Shown: positions 40,864-53,085 of the stretch, one piece after another | Position numbering within the stretch: the stretch's first letter is position 1 | Layout: each line of letters starts with the position of its first letter | Assembly (NCBI RefSeq): GCF_006345805.1 | Contig: NC_043016.1 | Span: forward strand, 2,356,001 to 2,420,000 | DNA length: 64,000 nucleotides | DNA from: Octopus sinensis | Lineage: Eukaryota | Direction: 5' to 3' | The notes under the pieces: generated by a model | The model's database searches: none | What the model saw: the letters and a program-made list of their open reading frames with translations, nothing else | Told to the model about the DNA's origin: nothing | Position numbers and translations under genes: made by a program

Positions 40864-41481
40864 GTAAGCATGGCTTTCTAGCTGTCGAAGAATAAACTTA
40901 TTCCGAACACGAATGCCCACGTATAAATCTGAATACTCGAAAAAACGCTTCCTAGCATTCCGACTAATTTAATGCTCTCGATGGGCATTTTAATTTGAAT
41001 GAGGCAAATACTAAATTCATTGACCGAAGTTCGAAATTGAATGATCGAAAAACCAATTTGAATTACTAACTTCATGGAGCTAATTCTTTTCGAGACTTTA
41101 AATGACTCGATTTTCAAATTGAATGACAAATATACGAAAATGACTGCAAAAACCTATATTTGGATAGCTTCTCAATTTTTTTTTTTTTTTTAGAGTTATA
41201 TTATCGTCTACGGAAACTGATGTTTCGACCTATATCGACCTATAACTTGCTTACAGTAGAAAATACATTCTCGTCGTTAGTGCCGGAAATGTCCCCTTCA
41301 AGTTGTATCATCTCATTGTATTTCTAACGGTCACCGTATTCAGATTTTAAAGCGTGGAAAGCTTTTATTGAAGTCAAAAAGAGGGGAAATTATGACAGAA
41401 ATGAACCAAACAAAGACGTGAAAACCACCAAAAAGTGGAACATTACCTTCTTTGAATATGATATTCGAGTCATATGAAAAT

Positions 41482-43240
41482 GCTGCGAGAGCTTGATAGA
41501 TCTAAAGAAAGGCCCGAAGGAAGGTGCAGAGGAACATGTGGTATTGGAGAAAGGTGGCAGGAAGAGCTTGATAAGCAGAAGGAGAAAGAGAAACAGGAAA
41601 ATCAGGCGCAGCTACAGAAACGGAGGAAGGCGGTGGACGTGAAGTAGAATCAAGAAATGCGGAGGAGGGGGAGGAGCAAGTGGAGGAGAAGAAGCAAGAG
41701 CAGAAGGAGGAGGGGAACCACTGAGACAAGATTTTGAAAGACACTCAGGCAAGTAGTGAATTTATGTAAGTATTCGATCAGATTTTAGTTTCCATTCTTA
41801 GTTTTCTTGTGCTGGAGGGACTGTAAATGTTTTTTGGCTTAACATAATTAACGAATATTAAAATAGATGTAATTAAAGATTTTCATACGTGTGTGTGTGT
41901 GTGTGTGTGTGTATTGGGAGAAGTTTCTGATAGTGCTGACAGGATAAATTTGGTCAGGACAGCAAGCTGTTCATGCTAAAACGTGTTTAGTCCCGTCCAG
42001 ACATAAACCTGTTGCCTATAAGTATAGAAACTCCAAGTTACTTTGCTTGTAAATGCTATAGTGCTAACAGCAACAACCAGAGAGTACTTTCCCTTGAATT
42101 TATGCCAGGTACATATTTTGTTTTGCCGCGGAGCTGTCTGAATCATCATGCTGCGTATATGCTAACGTAACTTTAAAATCTCAGAAACCTACCATTTCGC
42201 CATTATTAAAAACAGAAATGCTATGAACTTTATTTCGAATATAAAGTAGGTGAACACGACCCTCGCATTTGCAGTGTGACAAGTTTGGGCTGAAATATAT
42301 AATCTTTTCTAATCTAGGCACAAGGCCCGACATTTTGGAGGAGGGACCCAGTCGATTAGATCGACCGCAGTACGTAACTGGTACTTAATTTATCGACTCC
42401 GAAAGGATGAAAGGCAAAGTCGACCTCGGCGGAATTTGAACTCACAACGTAGCGGCAGACGAAATACCGGTAAGAATTTCGCCCGGCGTGCTAACGCTTC
42501 TGCCGGCTGGCCGAATTGGCTGAAATATATAATGATGAACGAAATAATTCAGCAATTATTGCAGTTAGTCATAAGTATGAGTACGTTTCAATTCAATCTG
42601 CATAATCAAAATTAATCTCCTTTTGAATTGACTTTGGAAGGGCTCTAAGGGAAGGTCAGCAAAAAGCATTCTGAGCACCTCTTAACATTTACAGTTATAT
42701 ATTTAAATATCTGTTATGCTGTCAAATTTCAATTCAACACTTGACTGTGTCAACAAAATGTTGCCTTTCATTCTTAGTTTATTATTCATCAGAATGAATA
42801 TGTTTAACAGTAGTATGCTTGAACTGGTGTAACCTGTTGCATGGAGAAGTCGTTGGCACCTAATCTGAAAACATCACAAAAAATTGCTTACAGAGCATTT
42901 CGATTTGAGATACTCTCGGAAGAATGAAAAGCAAAACCGTCGAAGTGTGGACGAACTCAAAGGAATCAAAAGTTATCCAGTAATATAATACATACATATA
43001 AGAGTAAACTTACCAATAACGACTGCAAATCCGGAGCTGCGAGAGCTTGATAGATCTAAAGAGAGGCCCGAAGGAAGGTGCAGAGGAACATGTGGTATTG
43101 AAGAAAGGTGGCAGGAAGAGCTTGATAAGCAGAAGGAGAAAGAGAAACAGGAAAATTAGGAGCAGCTACAGAAACGGAGGAAGACGGCGGACGTGAAGTA
43201 GAATCAAGAAATGCGGCGGCGGAGGAGGAGGAGGAGGAGG
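41482..43240 (+). repeat. About 200-bp direct duplication (41482-41680 and 43036-43240)
   Basis: GCTGCGAGAGCTTGATAGATCTAAAGA..GTAGAATCAAGAAATGCGG occurs twice at high identity. Confidence 0.85.
42304..42517 (-). mobile_element. tRNA-SINE family B, full length
   Basis: Perfect 16-bp TSD GGCTGAAATATATAAT (42288-42303 and 42518-42533); B-box GAGTTCAAATTCC on -. Confidence 0.88.
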
Positions 43241-45908
43241 AGGAGGACGGCAGCAACCAAGCCTAGTGAAAATATAAACTAAGATCGACACAATCGAAAA
43301 TATCAGGTAGTTAAGATTTGGCGGAGTCCCTTGGAGTGAATATTTTCGTCAAGTCATTTCAGTATGTGTTGTTGGTGGCGAAAGGAAATTACGAAACCCA
43401 GTAAGTTAATAAGACTGGCGATTAAAGCAATGAAATGGCTTTCGGAGAGCGTAAACAGTTTCTCAAACAGATCAACTTCGTTCAGTAGAGAAGCTGAAAT
43501 GATTGTTTTGCCCCTAAGAATTTTGATAAGATCTCCGAACATTTTGAAAACACGAGGTTGAATTTCTTTTTTAAAGATATGACAAACGGCAATAAAACTG
43601 CATTTAAACAAGCAAACGTGTCATTTGTACTACACAGAGGAAAATGATTTCACAAACTGTAATTTTCAAATAAAACAATAAAAAGGTAGAAAATCTTCTA
43701 CTAATTTTTCTTGAAAAAAAAAGCAATTCTGAGTATAGGATAACTCTCAGAAAAGAGTGAGGCAAGTGTTTCACCAAGTCTGTCTCTTTATTTGATGGTC
43801 TTATTCAAGAACGGACAAGAAGAAATATAATATTTCTCTACGTTTAAAAAAACATCTGAGGATTTTTCAGTGTAATCTCACCGGAGCATTTGAAAGCAGC
43901 TTTAGCTAATATACGGAATTTTGTAGTTTTTATGAATCGAGAAAAAATATATGTGTTTAAACATTCGTCCCCAAACTAAGGACAACGGGAAGATGTGTTG
44001 ATGCGTTATACACATTAAGTGGTGTATTGCAATCAGAGTTATTGGCAGTGGTATTGATCCTACCATTGTATTGCAGTACGAGCAGGTAATGTGAGCCGAA
44101 ATTATCAAAATCGAGATGTGGTCATCGGGCGTCTGCAAGGACATAAAGATCTCAATGATCCCCGAAAGCCACAGAGCCATCCAGGACTTGAATCCAATCT
44201 TCGGTGTAGAAAGACAACTCAAATATTAACCATGTAACAGTATGAATCAAAGGATTTTTTTCTACCATGAGGAGCTAGAAAACCTGGTGAAAATAGGAAT
44301 GATATGAGAGAGGAAAAGAGAGAGAAAATGCACTGAAGGGAGAGAGACATGTAGAGAATGCATGTCCCGGAAATTGCTGTTTCCACAATACTAGTTCTAG
44401 CTCCGATAATAACCGGAAAAGGCCTCCTATACGGTATCACCAATTGGCAGCCAATGGAATGGGCAGAGACCAGAAAACTGAAGCCAGAAAACGGAGACCA
44501 CCCCATCTATCGCCTTATCGTAATAAGGACAAAGGAAGGCTAAAAAGCGATGACAAGCTATGGTTAATGAGAAAAAAAAGCACAAAACGCGAAAACAAAA
44601 AAATGTGCTCAGAGAGTGACTAAGGCGCAAAGGGTGGAGCCCAAATTTTCCATTTATGTTGAGCATTATATGAGAGTTGATATGAAAACCGTATTCAAGT
44701 TAAACATGTTGATGTATCTGCAGACGATATACTGACTGAGGATCAGCAGGAGTGGGAAATTGGCTAATCTAATCAAGAAAATGACTTCCTATTCGGGTCT
44801 ATGTAGGATACCAATCTGTGTTACATAATCGTATATTCATTCTATGTTGTCAATTTATAAGATAAAATGTTAATATGTTCATTGTAAAACGTCTATATCA
44901 ATCCTCTTGTTATATATCTTTGTCACACCAAATCCCGCTTTTGTGACGAGGATAAGGTTTATTATGTGTATGCATAGATCCTTAAGGCCAATAGTTAATT
45001 TATTGTTGTTGTTGTTATCGTCACCAATTTGTTGATGTTGTTGTTGTTGTTATCTAAATGCGTTTAGTTCGAGTTGGTCTTTGCCTGAGAGTCCTATTGT
45101 TTATAACATGGAAACTCGAAGAAGAAGAAAAACGCACTTAAATCATGTTTACCTCACTGTCAAAGCTATGCTGAACTGCTGTCACCAACACCTCATAGGT
45201 CATTCAGGACACTGACCTGTAGCCATGATATAACTCTCTAACCAAAGCTTGCAAGCAAAAATAAATCGTGCAAAATTAACTGTCAGCTAAGTAAATCTCT
45301 TGTAAATATGTTTTCCAAGTAGTTTTCCTTTGTAGCTTTTGTTAATGGACGTGTCTACGTTAACATAAAGACACCTGTAGCGTTAGGATCAAAGAATGTC
45401 TGCGTGAATTTTGCCAATCATCTCATTTGCAAATTCTTTTTGTTTAGCTCTTTCTTTCTTCATAACGTTCCATGAATCAAAAAACAAAATAAGAGGATAG
45501 AAGAAAGTAATAAAAAAAATGATTGAATGCGTGGATAAATAAAAGAAAAGAAGAGACATTTCAAGTTAATTTCTTAGAAATATACTAATCTCTTTATTGG
45601 CGGTATCGCTTTATTCAGCTTAAAATTACCATTAAAAACTTACAATTCTGAATCTTGTTCTGCTAATATAAATGATAATGAAATTAAACCACTAGATATT
45701 TTCAGCCATCGATTTCTAATACATGTACAAAACCACAGAAAATAGTTTGGTGTATTAAGAGTGGGGAGATTTCACATCGTTACAGGCACAGAACAAAGCT
45801 CATGGTTAAGACACTGGCTTTCCAAATAGTTTCATTTATCGAAATTTAGATGGGTACTGTATTAAAGAGAATATACAATACCGCAAGAAACAACGCTATA
45901 AAATTTAT

Positions 45909-46337
45909 CAGGAGTGGCTGCGTGGTAAGTAGCTTGCTGTGTGGTAAGTAGCTTGCTTACCAGCCACATGGTTCTGGGTAGAGTTTCCCTGCGTAGCACC
46001 TTGAGCGAGTATCTTCTACTATAGCCTCGGGCCGACCAAAGCCTTGTGAGTGGATTTGGTAGACCGAAGCTGAAAGAAGCCCGTCATATATAGGTATATG
46101 TATATATGTATGTGTGTGTAAATGTTTGTGTGTCTGTTTGTCCCCCTTCCCAAAATCACTTACCACTGATGCTGGTGTGTTCACGTCCCCGTCACTTAGC
46201 GGTTCGGCAAAATAGACCGATAGAATAAGTACTAGGCTTACAAAGAATAAGTCCTGTGGTCGATTTGCTCGACTAAAGGCGGTGCTCCAGCATGGCCGCA
46301 GTCAAATGACTGAAGCACGTAAAAGAGTAAAAGAGTA
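45909..46337 (+). mobile_element. tRNA-SINE family A, full length
   Basis: A-box region tandemly duplicated; 3' tail GGCGGTGCTCCAGCATGGCCGCAGTCAAATGACTGAA followed by (GTAAAAGA)n. Confidence 0.88.
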
Positions 46338-46544
46338 ATGTTTTGCTAGCATCAGTGTTGAATCAACTCCTCGGAGACGGATGAAAGCTTCTGAAGTGTT
46401 GATTGGATACAATACTAGATGTAATATTTTCAGTTGTTTTTTGTTTTTTCCATAACCTCTTGTGCTATGAGATGTTTCATGTAAAAACAAACTGGGTTCA
46501 TTTCCTTTTTCTGTTCGTCAATGCCTTTATTAAATGGGCTACCT

Positions 46545-48250
46545 TTTATCCTTTGCTTGTTTCCGTCATTAAATTGCGGCCATGCTGGAGCACCACCTTG
46601 AAGAATTTTAGTCGAATGAATCGACATCACTCTTTTACTATTTTACTAGTTTCAGTCATTTGACTCTGGCCATGCTGGAGCACCGCCTTTAGTCGAGCAC
46701 ATCGACGCCAGGACTTATTCTTTGTAAGCCTAGTACTTACTCTATCGGTCTCTTTTGACGAACCGCTAAGTTACGGCGACGTAAACACACCAGCATAGGT
46801 TGTCAAACGATGTTGGGGGGCACAAACACACGCACAAACATACACACACACACATATATATATACTTATATACGACGGCTTCTTTCAGTTTCCATCTTCC
46901 AAATCCACTGACAAGGCTTTGGTCGGCCCAAGGCTATAGTAGAAGACACTTACCCAAGGTGCCACGCAGTGGGACTGAACCCGAAACCATGTGGTTGGTA
47001 AGCAAGCTACTTATCACACAGCCACTCCTACGCCTACTTATTTTATTCTTTTTCAAGTATGGTACATATCCTGTCGGTCTCTTTCGCCGAACCGCTAAAT
47101 TACGAGAACGTTAACACACCAACACCGGTTGCCAAGCGGTGATGGTGACAAACACAGACACAAAGACACCCACATATATAACGACGGACTTCTTTTAGTT
47201 TTCACTTACTAAATCCACTCAGAAGACCCGAGGCTATTGTTGAACACACTTGTCCAAGGGGCTACACAGTGGAACTGGACCCAGAGCTATGTGGCTGGGA
47301 AGCGAACTTCTCACTACGGAGCCACGCCTGCACCTATATTTATACGTAGTGAAAAACTAAATATCATGGCAAGGATTCTCTTTCTCAAGGATATTAACGT
47401 CAGAGTTAAAATGAAATTATTCCATGTGAATATCAAAACCGTGTTGTTGACCCAACTCATCGGGACATTATCTTTCTGTCCTACATCTCTCATCAGAGGA
47501 TGTTGGGTTGTTCGTGTGAAATTAAACAGTTCTAACCGGATGTCACCTGGGGGTTTCCCCTCTTTCTTTACGTTTCTGTACACTAATAGATAAAATATGA
47601 CATGTATAAATATAGTTGACGTTTTATGTACCAAACGATTAGTCCACATTTGATGAATATGTAATGATTTCAGAAAAAGCGCAATATGTAGGATTGCCAG
47701 ACAGGATTACAAGTGGCAGATATCGCTTCTTTTCAGAACTGCGCGTCCTTTTTCTCTTCTTTATTTCTTCAATTTTTCTGTTTTCTTTTTTTTTTTTACT
47801 GTTTAAAAGAGTTTTGAATATAAGAATGTTTTTGAATATCTTTATATACTCTGAATTTTATCTCTTAAGTGTTTCAGTCATTGAACTTTGGCCAGGCTGT
47901 GGCATTGCCGTTTTGATAGGTTTTAGTCGAACAAAGTCACCCCAGTACTCATGTTTAAACCTATTCTGTAAATTGTTCTGGAACTTATTCTTTCTGACTC
48001 ATTCGCCCAAAAACGCTAAGTTACGGAGAAGTAAACAAACTAACACTCGTCAACAAATTAGGGAAGGACAAAGACGGACGTTTCAACTAATATATATGGA
48101 ACGGGTTTCAACACGGTTTCCGTTTACAAGATTCATTCACAAAAATGCTGATCGACTCAAAGCTATTATACGAGTAACTTCCTGAAAGTGTTGAGCACTG
48201 GTGCTGAACTCGAAACTTCGGAGTCCCAAAGCAAGCTTCTTAACCACATA
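46545..48250 (-). mobile_element. Cluster of SINE A copies (46545-46625, 46628-47035, about 47050-47335, about 47860-48250)
   Basis: Repeated GCCATGCTGGAGCACC, GAACCGCTAA and CACTTGCCCAAGG motifs with varying divergence. Confidence 0.8.
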
Positions 48251-48509
48251 GTCATGTATTAACCTACGTAAAAAGGCATAAAAATAAAAACCGGCATACC
48301 GACAACCCCAAGTATATATGTATATCACGTGATTACGTGACCGACCAGACCATCAGATGTTGTTACACATCGCTGGTCACAATGCATTCGCATTGTTTTA
48401 GCCTTCGAATGACGCCAGCCCGCTAGCTAAGCGAGCAGGCCAACAGAAAAAAGAGTGGGAGAAAGAGTGGTGAAAGAGTACAGCAGAGATCACCACCCCC
48501 TGCCGGAGA

Positions 48510-49145
48510 CACGTGTTCCGGGTTCAGTCTCACTGCGTGGCACCTTGAGCAACTATCTTCTATTATGGCCTCGGGCCGTCCAAAACTTTGTGAGAGGATT
48601 TGGTAGAGGGAACCTGAAAGAAACCCCTCGTATATATATATATATATATATATAAAACTCTAGTTGTGTGAGTGTCTGTCCCCTTCGATTTAGATTCCTA
48701 ACTCCTCCCACATTTTGCGGTGCAGTTTAACCAAATTCGGGTATCTTATAGTCGTGATTCATATCGAGCCCGTCTGACTATTAGCGCGCGTCAACGATGA
48801 GTCTACGATTTTAAAAATAATTTAACATCATTTTTATTCCATTTTAATGCATAAAATGCATCGTATGTCGATGGCGGCGGAGTTGGCGTCCACGCTCACA
48901 GCTGCACCTGTTTGCTTCTCCCCCTTCCCTCCCTCGTGAAGCTGTGGGGAAGGGAGTGTAAAGAAATCAACGTCGCAATGCGTTGTGAAGGAAACCAGCG
49001 TTCTTTTAGAACACGACTTCATGGCTTGAAGACACACAAACAAAAATGGCTAAGAAAGCCCGAATTTATAAGGGAAGTAACTCTCTAAAAATGCTTATAT
49101 AGTTATTTCCCTTACAAACCCGAGCAACGCCGGGCGATACAGCTA

Positions 49146-49194
<49 letters not shown>

Positions 49195-49210
49195 ATATAT
49201 ATATACATAT

Positions 49211-49245
<35 letters not shown>

Positions 49246-49253
49246 TATATATA

Positions 49254-49349
<96 letters not shown>

Positions 49350-49550
49350 TATGTTTGTTGTATGCGCTTGTCCACACCATCACCACCGCCATCGCTTGAA
49401 AACAGATGTTGGTGTGTTTACGTCCCCCGTAATTAGCGGTTTGGCAAAAGGTCCCGATAGAATAACTCCTGATGACGATCTTTTCGACTAAAGGCGGTGC
49501 TCTAGCATGGCGCGGTCAAATTACTGAAACAAGTACAGACTAGAAGAAAG
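48510..49550 (+). mobile_element. SINE A split by a Helitron in its internal (TA)n
   Basis: Head at 48510-48632, tail at 49350-49550. Confidence 0.7.
48650..49146 (+). mobile_element. Short non-autonomous Helitron
   Basis: TATAAAA..GTGTCTGTC start; hairpin CCCGAGCAACGCCGGG (49119-49134); CTAG at 49143-49146 followed by T. Confidence 0.85.
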
Positions 49551-49564
49551 AATATCTATATATT

Positions 49565-49613
<49 letters not shown>

Positions 49614-49644
49614 TATATATAATATATATATATATATACATGTA

Positions 49645-52600
49645 TACAATTGAGATAGGGGTTGTAAATGCAACCCTCCATGGGATAACATATATCCAAT
49701 ATACTGCTAGTGAAGTAACCAACAAGGTTAATACATAAATGTTAAGGATTGCGATGCACTCAATTCATTTACTGTATTATATGGGCAAAGGTAAAATGTT
49801 TTTTACCACAAATTCATAATACAAAATAAGAAAATGGAGAAATACATCTAAATCAAATATCAATTACCAGATATAACTCAATCACATAGTTTATTATACC
49901 ACCACATAAGAAACTATAGGGTTAAACATAAAAAGTAGAGCACAAAACAGTGTACATAAAGGAGTATACATAAAAAAGTGTACATAAAAAAGTAACGTTA
50001 TACAATAAGTAGAATATATATAAGAGAATATAAATGTAAGTAAATATAAATATAATATAGATTACATCTTCAGCTGTTTCGGCCATGTAGATAAGTATGT
50101 CTCATTCAACTTATTTAGCCTTTTATTGTAGGTCAATATATAGTTATAAATGAGACATTTACAAAAATATCATAAGGCCTCTTCGGAGATTGTGTGATAT
50201 AAATCAGTCTATATACATACCCATATGGGTGTGGGTACATACCCATAATACATCATATACATATACATATGAGTGCATATACTCACACTCCTATACATAT
50301 AAATACATACATATACATAATGATATAAATAATATAAATTAGTAAACATATATATGTTCCACATTCAATGTTACAGTTTTTTAACTTAATATTGTGATAA
50401 TAAACATACACATATTAATACCTAAATGCAGATATACAGAGTCAATAGTACATTATATTAATTCCTACTAATTTCTAAAGTGTCATCAAAGTTAGCATCA
50501 TTATCAATGTCAATACCATTAATGCTACCAATATCATCATTCATATTATTATTAATAACGCTAATACTAGAAAAACAATTTATAGATTCCATTACTAGCA
50601 ATATAGTCACAATAGTACTACAATACTATATGCATGATATTCTGATCTCCACAGAGTCTTTTATGGGTGTAGGGTGTATATGCGCATCATATCTTAGGGC
50701 ACTGGTTTGACTTTTTGCTATACCAATATGTAATAATTGTGAGTCTATAATTAGTATACGTTGTTTATTTCGATGAGCATATAAGGTTTTTTTTTTTTTT
50801 TTGCGGTTGGTTTGTTTTGAGGGTTGTTGGATTTCTGCTGCAGCGGCGTGAGCTCGAGAGGGGCTGTACCGGCGTTTGTGCGCTCGCACGTCCGCACATG
50901 TGCATGTACATGTGCACTCTCACGCGATGTGTTTGCAGGCATTCGCATGTGCTTGTATGCGCGTTCGGGTGTGCATCTTGGCGCTCGTGCGTGCGGGAGG
51001 GACGTGTACGTGTGTGTCCGGCCATGAATTTGCGTGTCCGTGTGGGGATGCATGCGCATGTATGTGCATGTGAGCGCATTTCGGCGTATCCACATATATT
51101 TACTATGTTAATTTTATCTTTGGACTCATCTTAATCTGTATTCTATTTTATTTATCTATTTTTCTATACATATGTATATATATATATACTCTTTTACTCT
51201 ATTTACTCTTTTACTTGTTTCAGTCATTTGACTGCGGCCATGCTGGAGCACCGCCTTTAGTCGAGCAACTCGACCCCGGGACTTATTCTTTGTAAGCCCA
51301 GTACTTATTCTATCGGTCTCTTTTGCCGAACCGCTAAGCAACGGGGACATATATATATTTATATTTATTTATTTATTTATTTTTGTTTATTTGGCACTTA
51401 CTAATTTACAATTAATTTAATTTCTAATTAATGTACTTATATCTTAATTAATAGTAACTTCTGTTTACTTATTGTGTATGTATATATACGTCTTTTGATG
51501 GGCAGACATATATTTTGTGGTTTAGTGAACATAGGTGGAGGTGTCGGGGTGTGTGCATATGTGTATGTATGTGTATGTATGTTTTTGTATGTATATGTAT
51601 GTTCATGGGTGGATATACGGGTGAATGTTTTCTTGTACATATGAGTACGCAGGTGCGTATTTAGATATGTGTATATGTATACGCGAATATTTATTCATGG
51701 GTGGATATAAGTATAGGTTTTTCTTATACGCGTGAGTGCGCAGATATATATTTAAGTATGTATATATGTATGTGCGAATGTTCCCGGACACGGTATATGG
51801 GAGTGTATTAATGTTTATGGGTATGTGCGGATGTGCGTGTGAATGTGTGTATGAGTGTATGGACGCTGCTGTAGTTTCCCCTGCCTGCAATGACTTATCT
51901 ATAAGCCACGCGATGTCAGACATATATTTTGTAATTTAGTAATATGTGTGGATGTGTCGGGGTGTATTCATGTGTGGGTGAATGTGTGTGTGAGTTTTTG
52001 TATGGATGTGTGGGTTCTGGGTTGGATGTGTATGTGTATGTTTTTCTTGTGCGGTGTAGTGGAGGTCTGGCGACTCTCAGCAGACCATCCGTAAGGAAGA
52101 CAATGATAATTTAAATTCAGATCCAATGTTGTATTTATGTCATAAGGATAATTACTAACTTGAACTCGGACGTACATATGTGCAACTATGGATCCTTATG
52201 TAGTGTAAACAGGATGCTTGTACTTCATACTTCGTATGTATATGCGGATATTCAACACTTTACATGGTATTGTAGTACTATTGTGACTATATTGCTAGTA
52301 ATGGAATCTATAAATTGTTTTTCTAGTATTAGCGTTATTAATAATAATATGAATGATGATATTGGTAGCATTAATGGTATTGACATTGATAATGATGCTA
52401 ACTTTGATGACACTTTAGAAATTAGTAGGAATTAATATAATGTACTATTGACTATGTATATCTGCATTTAGGTATATGTGTATGTTTATTATCACAATAT
52501 TAAGTTGAAAAACTGTAACATTGAATGTGGAACATATGTATGTTTACTAATTTATATTATTTATATCATTATGTATATGTATTTATATGTATAGGAGTGT

Positions 52601-53063
52601 GAGTATATGCTCTCATATGTATATGTATATGATGTATTATGGGTATGTACCCACACCCATATGGGTATGTATATAGACTGATTTATATCACACAATCTCC
52701 GAAGAGGCCTTATGATATTTTTGTAAATGTCTCATTTATAACTATATATTGACCTACAATAAAAGGCTAATATAAGTTGAATGAGACATACTTATCTACA
52801 TGGCCGAAACAGCTGTAAGATATAATCTATATTCATATTTATATTTACTTACATTTATATTCTCTTATATATATTCTACTTATTGTATAACGTTACTTTT
52901 TTATGTACACTTTTTTATGTATACTCCTTTATGTACACTGTTTGCTCTACTTTTATGTTTAACCCTATAGTTTCTTATGTGGTGGTATAATAAAGTATGT
53001 GATTAAGTATTATCGGTAATTATATTTGATTTAGATGTATTTCTCCATTTTCTTATTTTGTAT
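49645..53063 (-). mobile_element. Non-coding PLE-type element with about 810-bp inverted pLTR arms
   Basis: About 49820-50627 is the reverse complement of about 52265-53063. There is a tail at 49645-49820, a low-complexity spacer with a SINE A tail (51188-51350), and hammerheads in both arms. Confidence 0.8.
52695..52821 (+). ncRNA. Hammerhead with CCGAAGA core and about 90-nt helix II insertion
   Basis: ATCT-CCGAAGA-GGCC..GGCC-GAAA-CAGCTG-TA-AGAT. The mirror copy at 50066-50190 (-) lacks U16.1. Confidence 0.75.
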
Positions 53064-53085
53064 ATATATATATATAATTTTTTTT

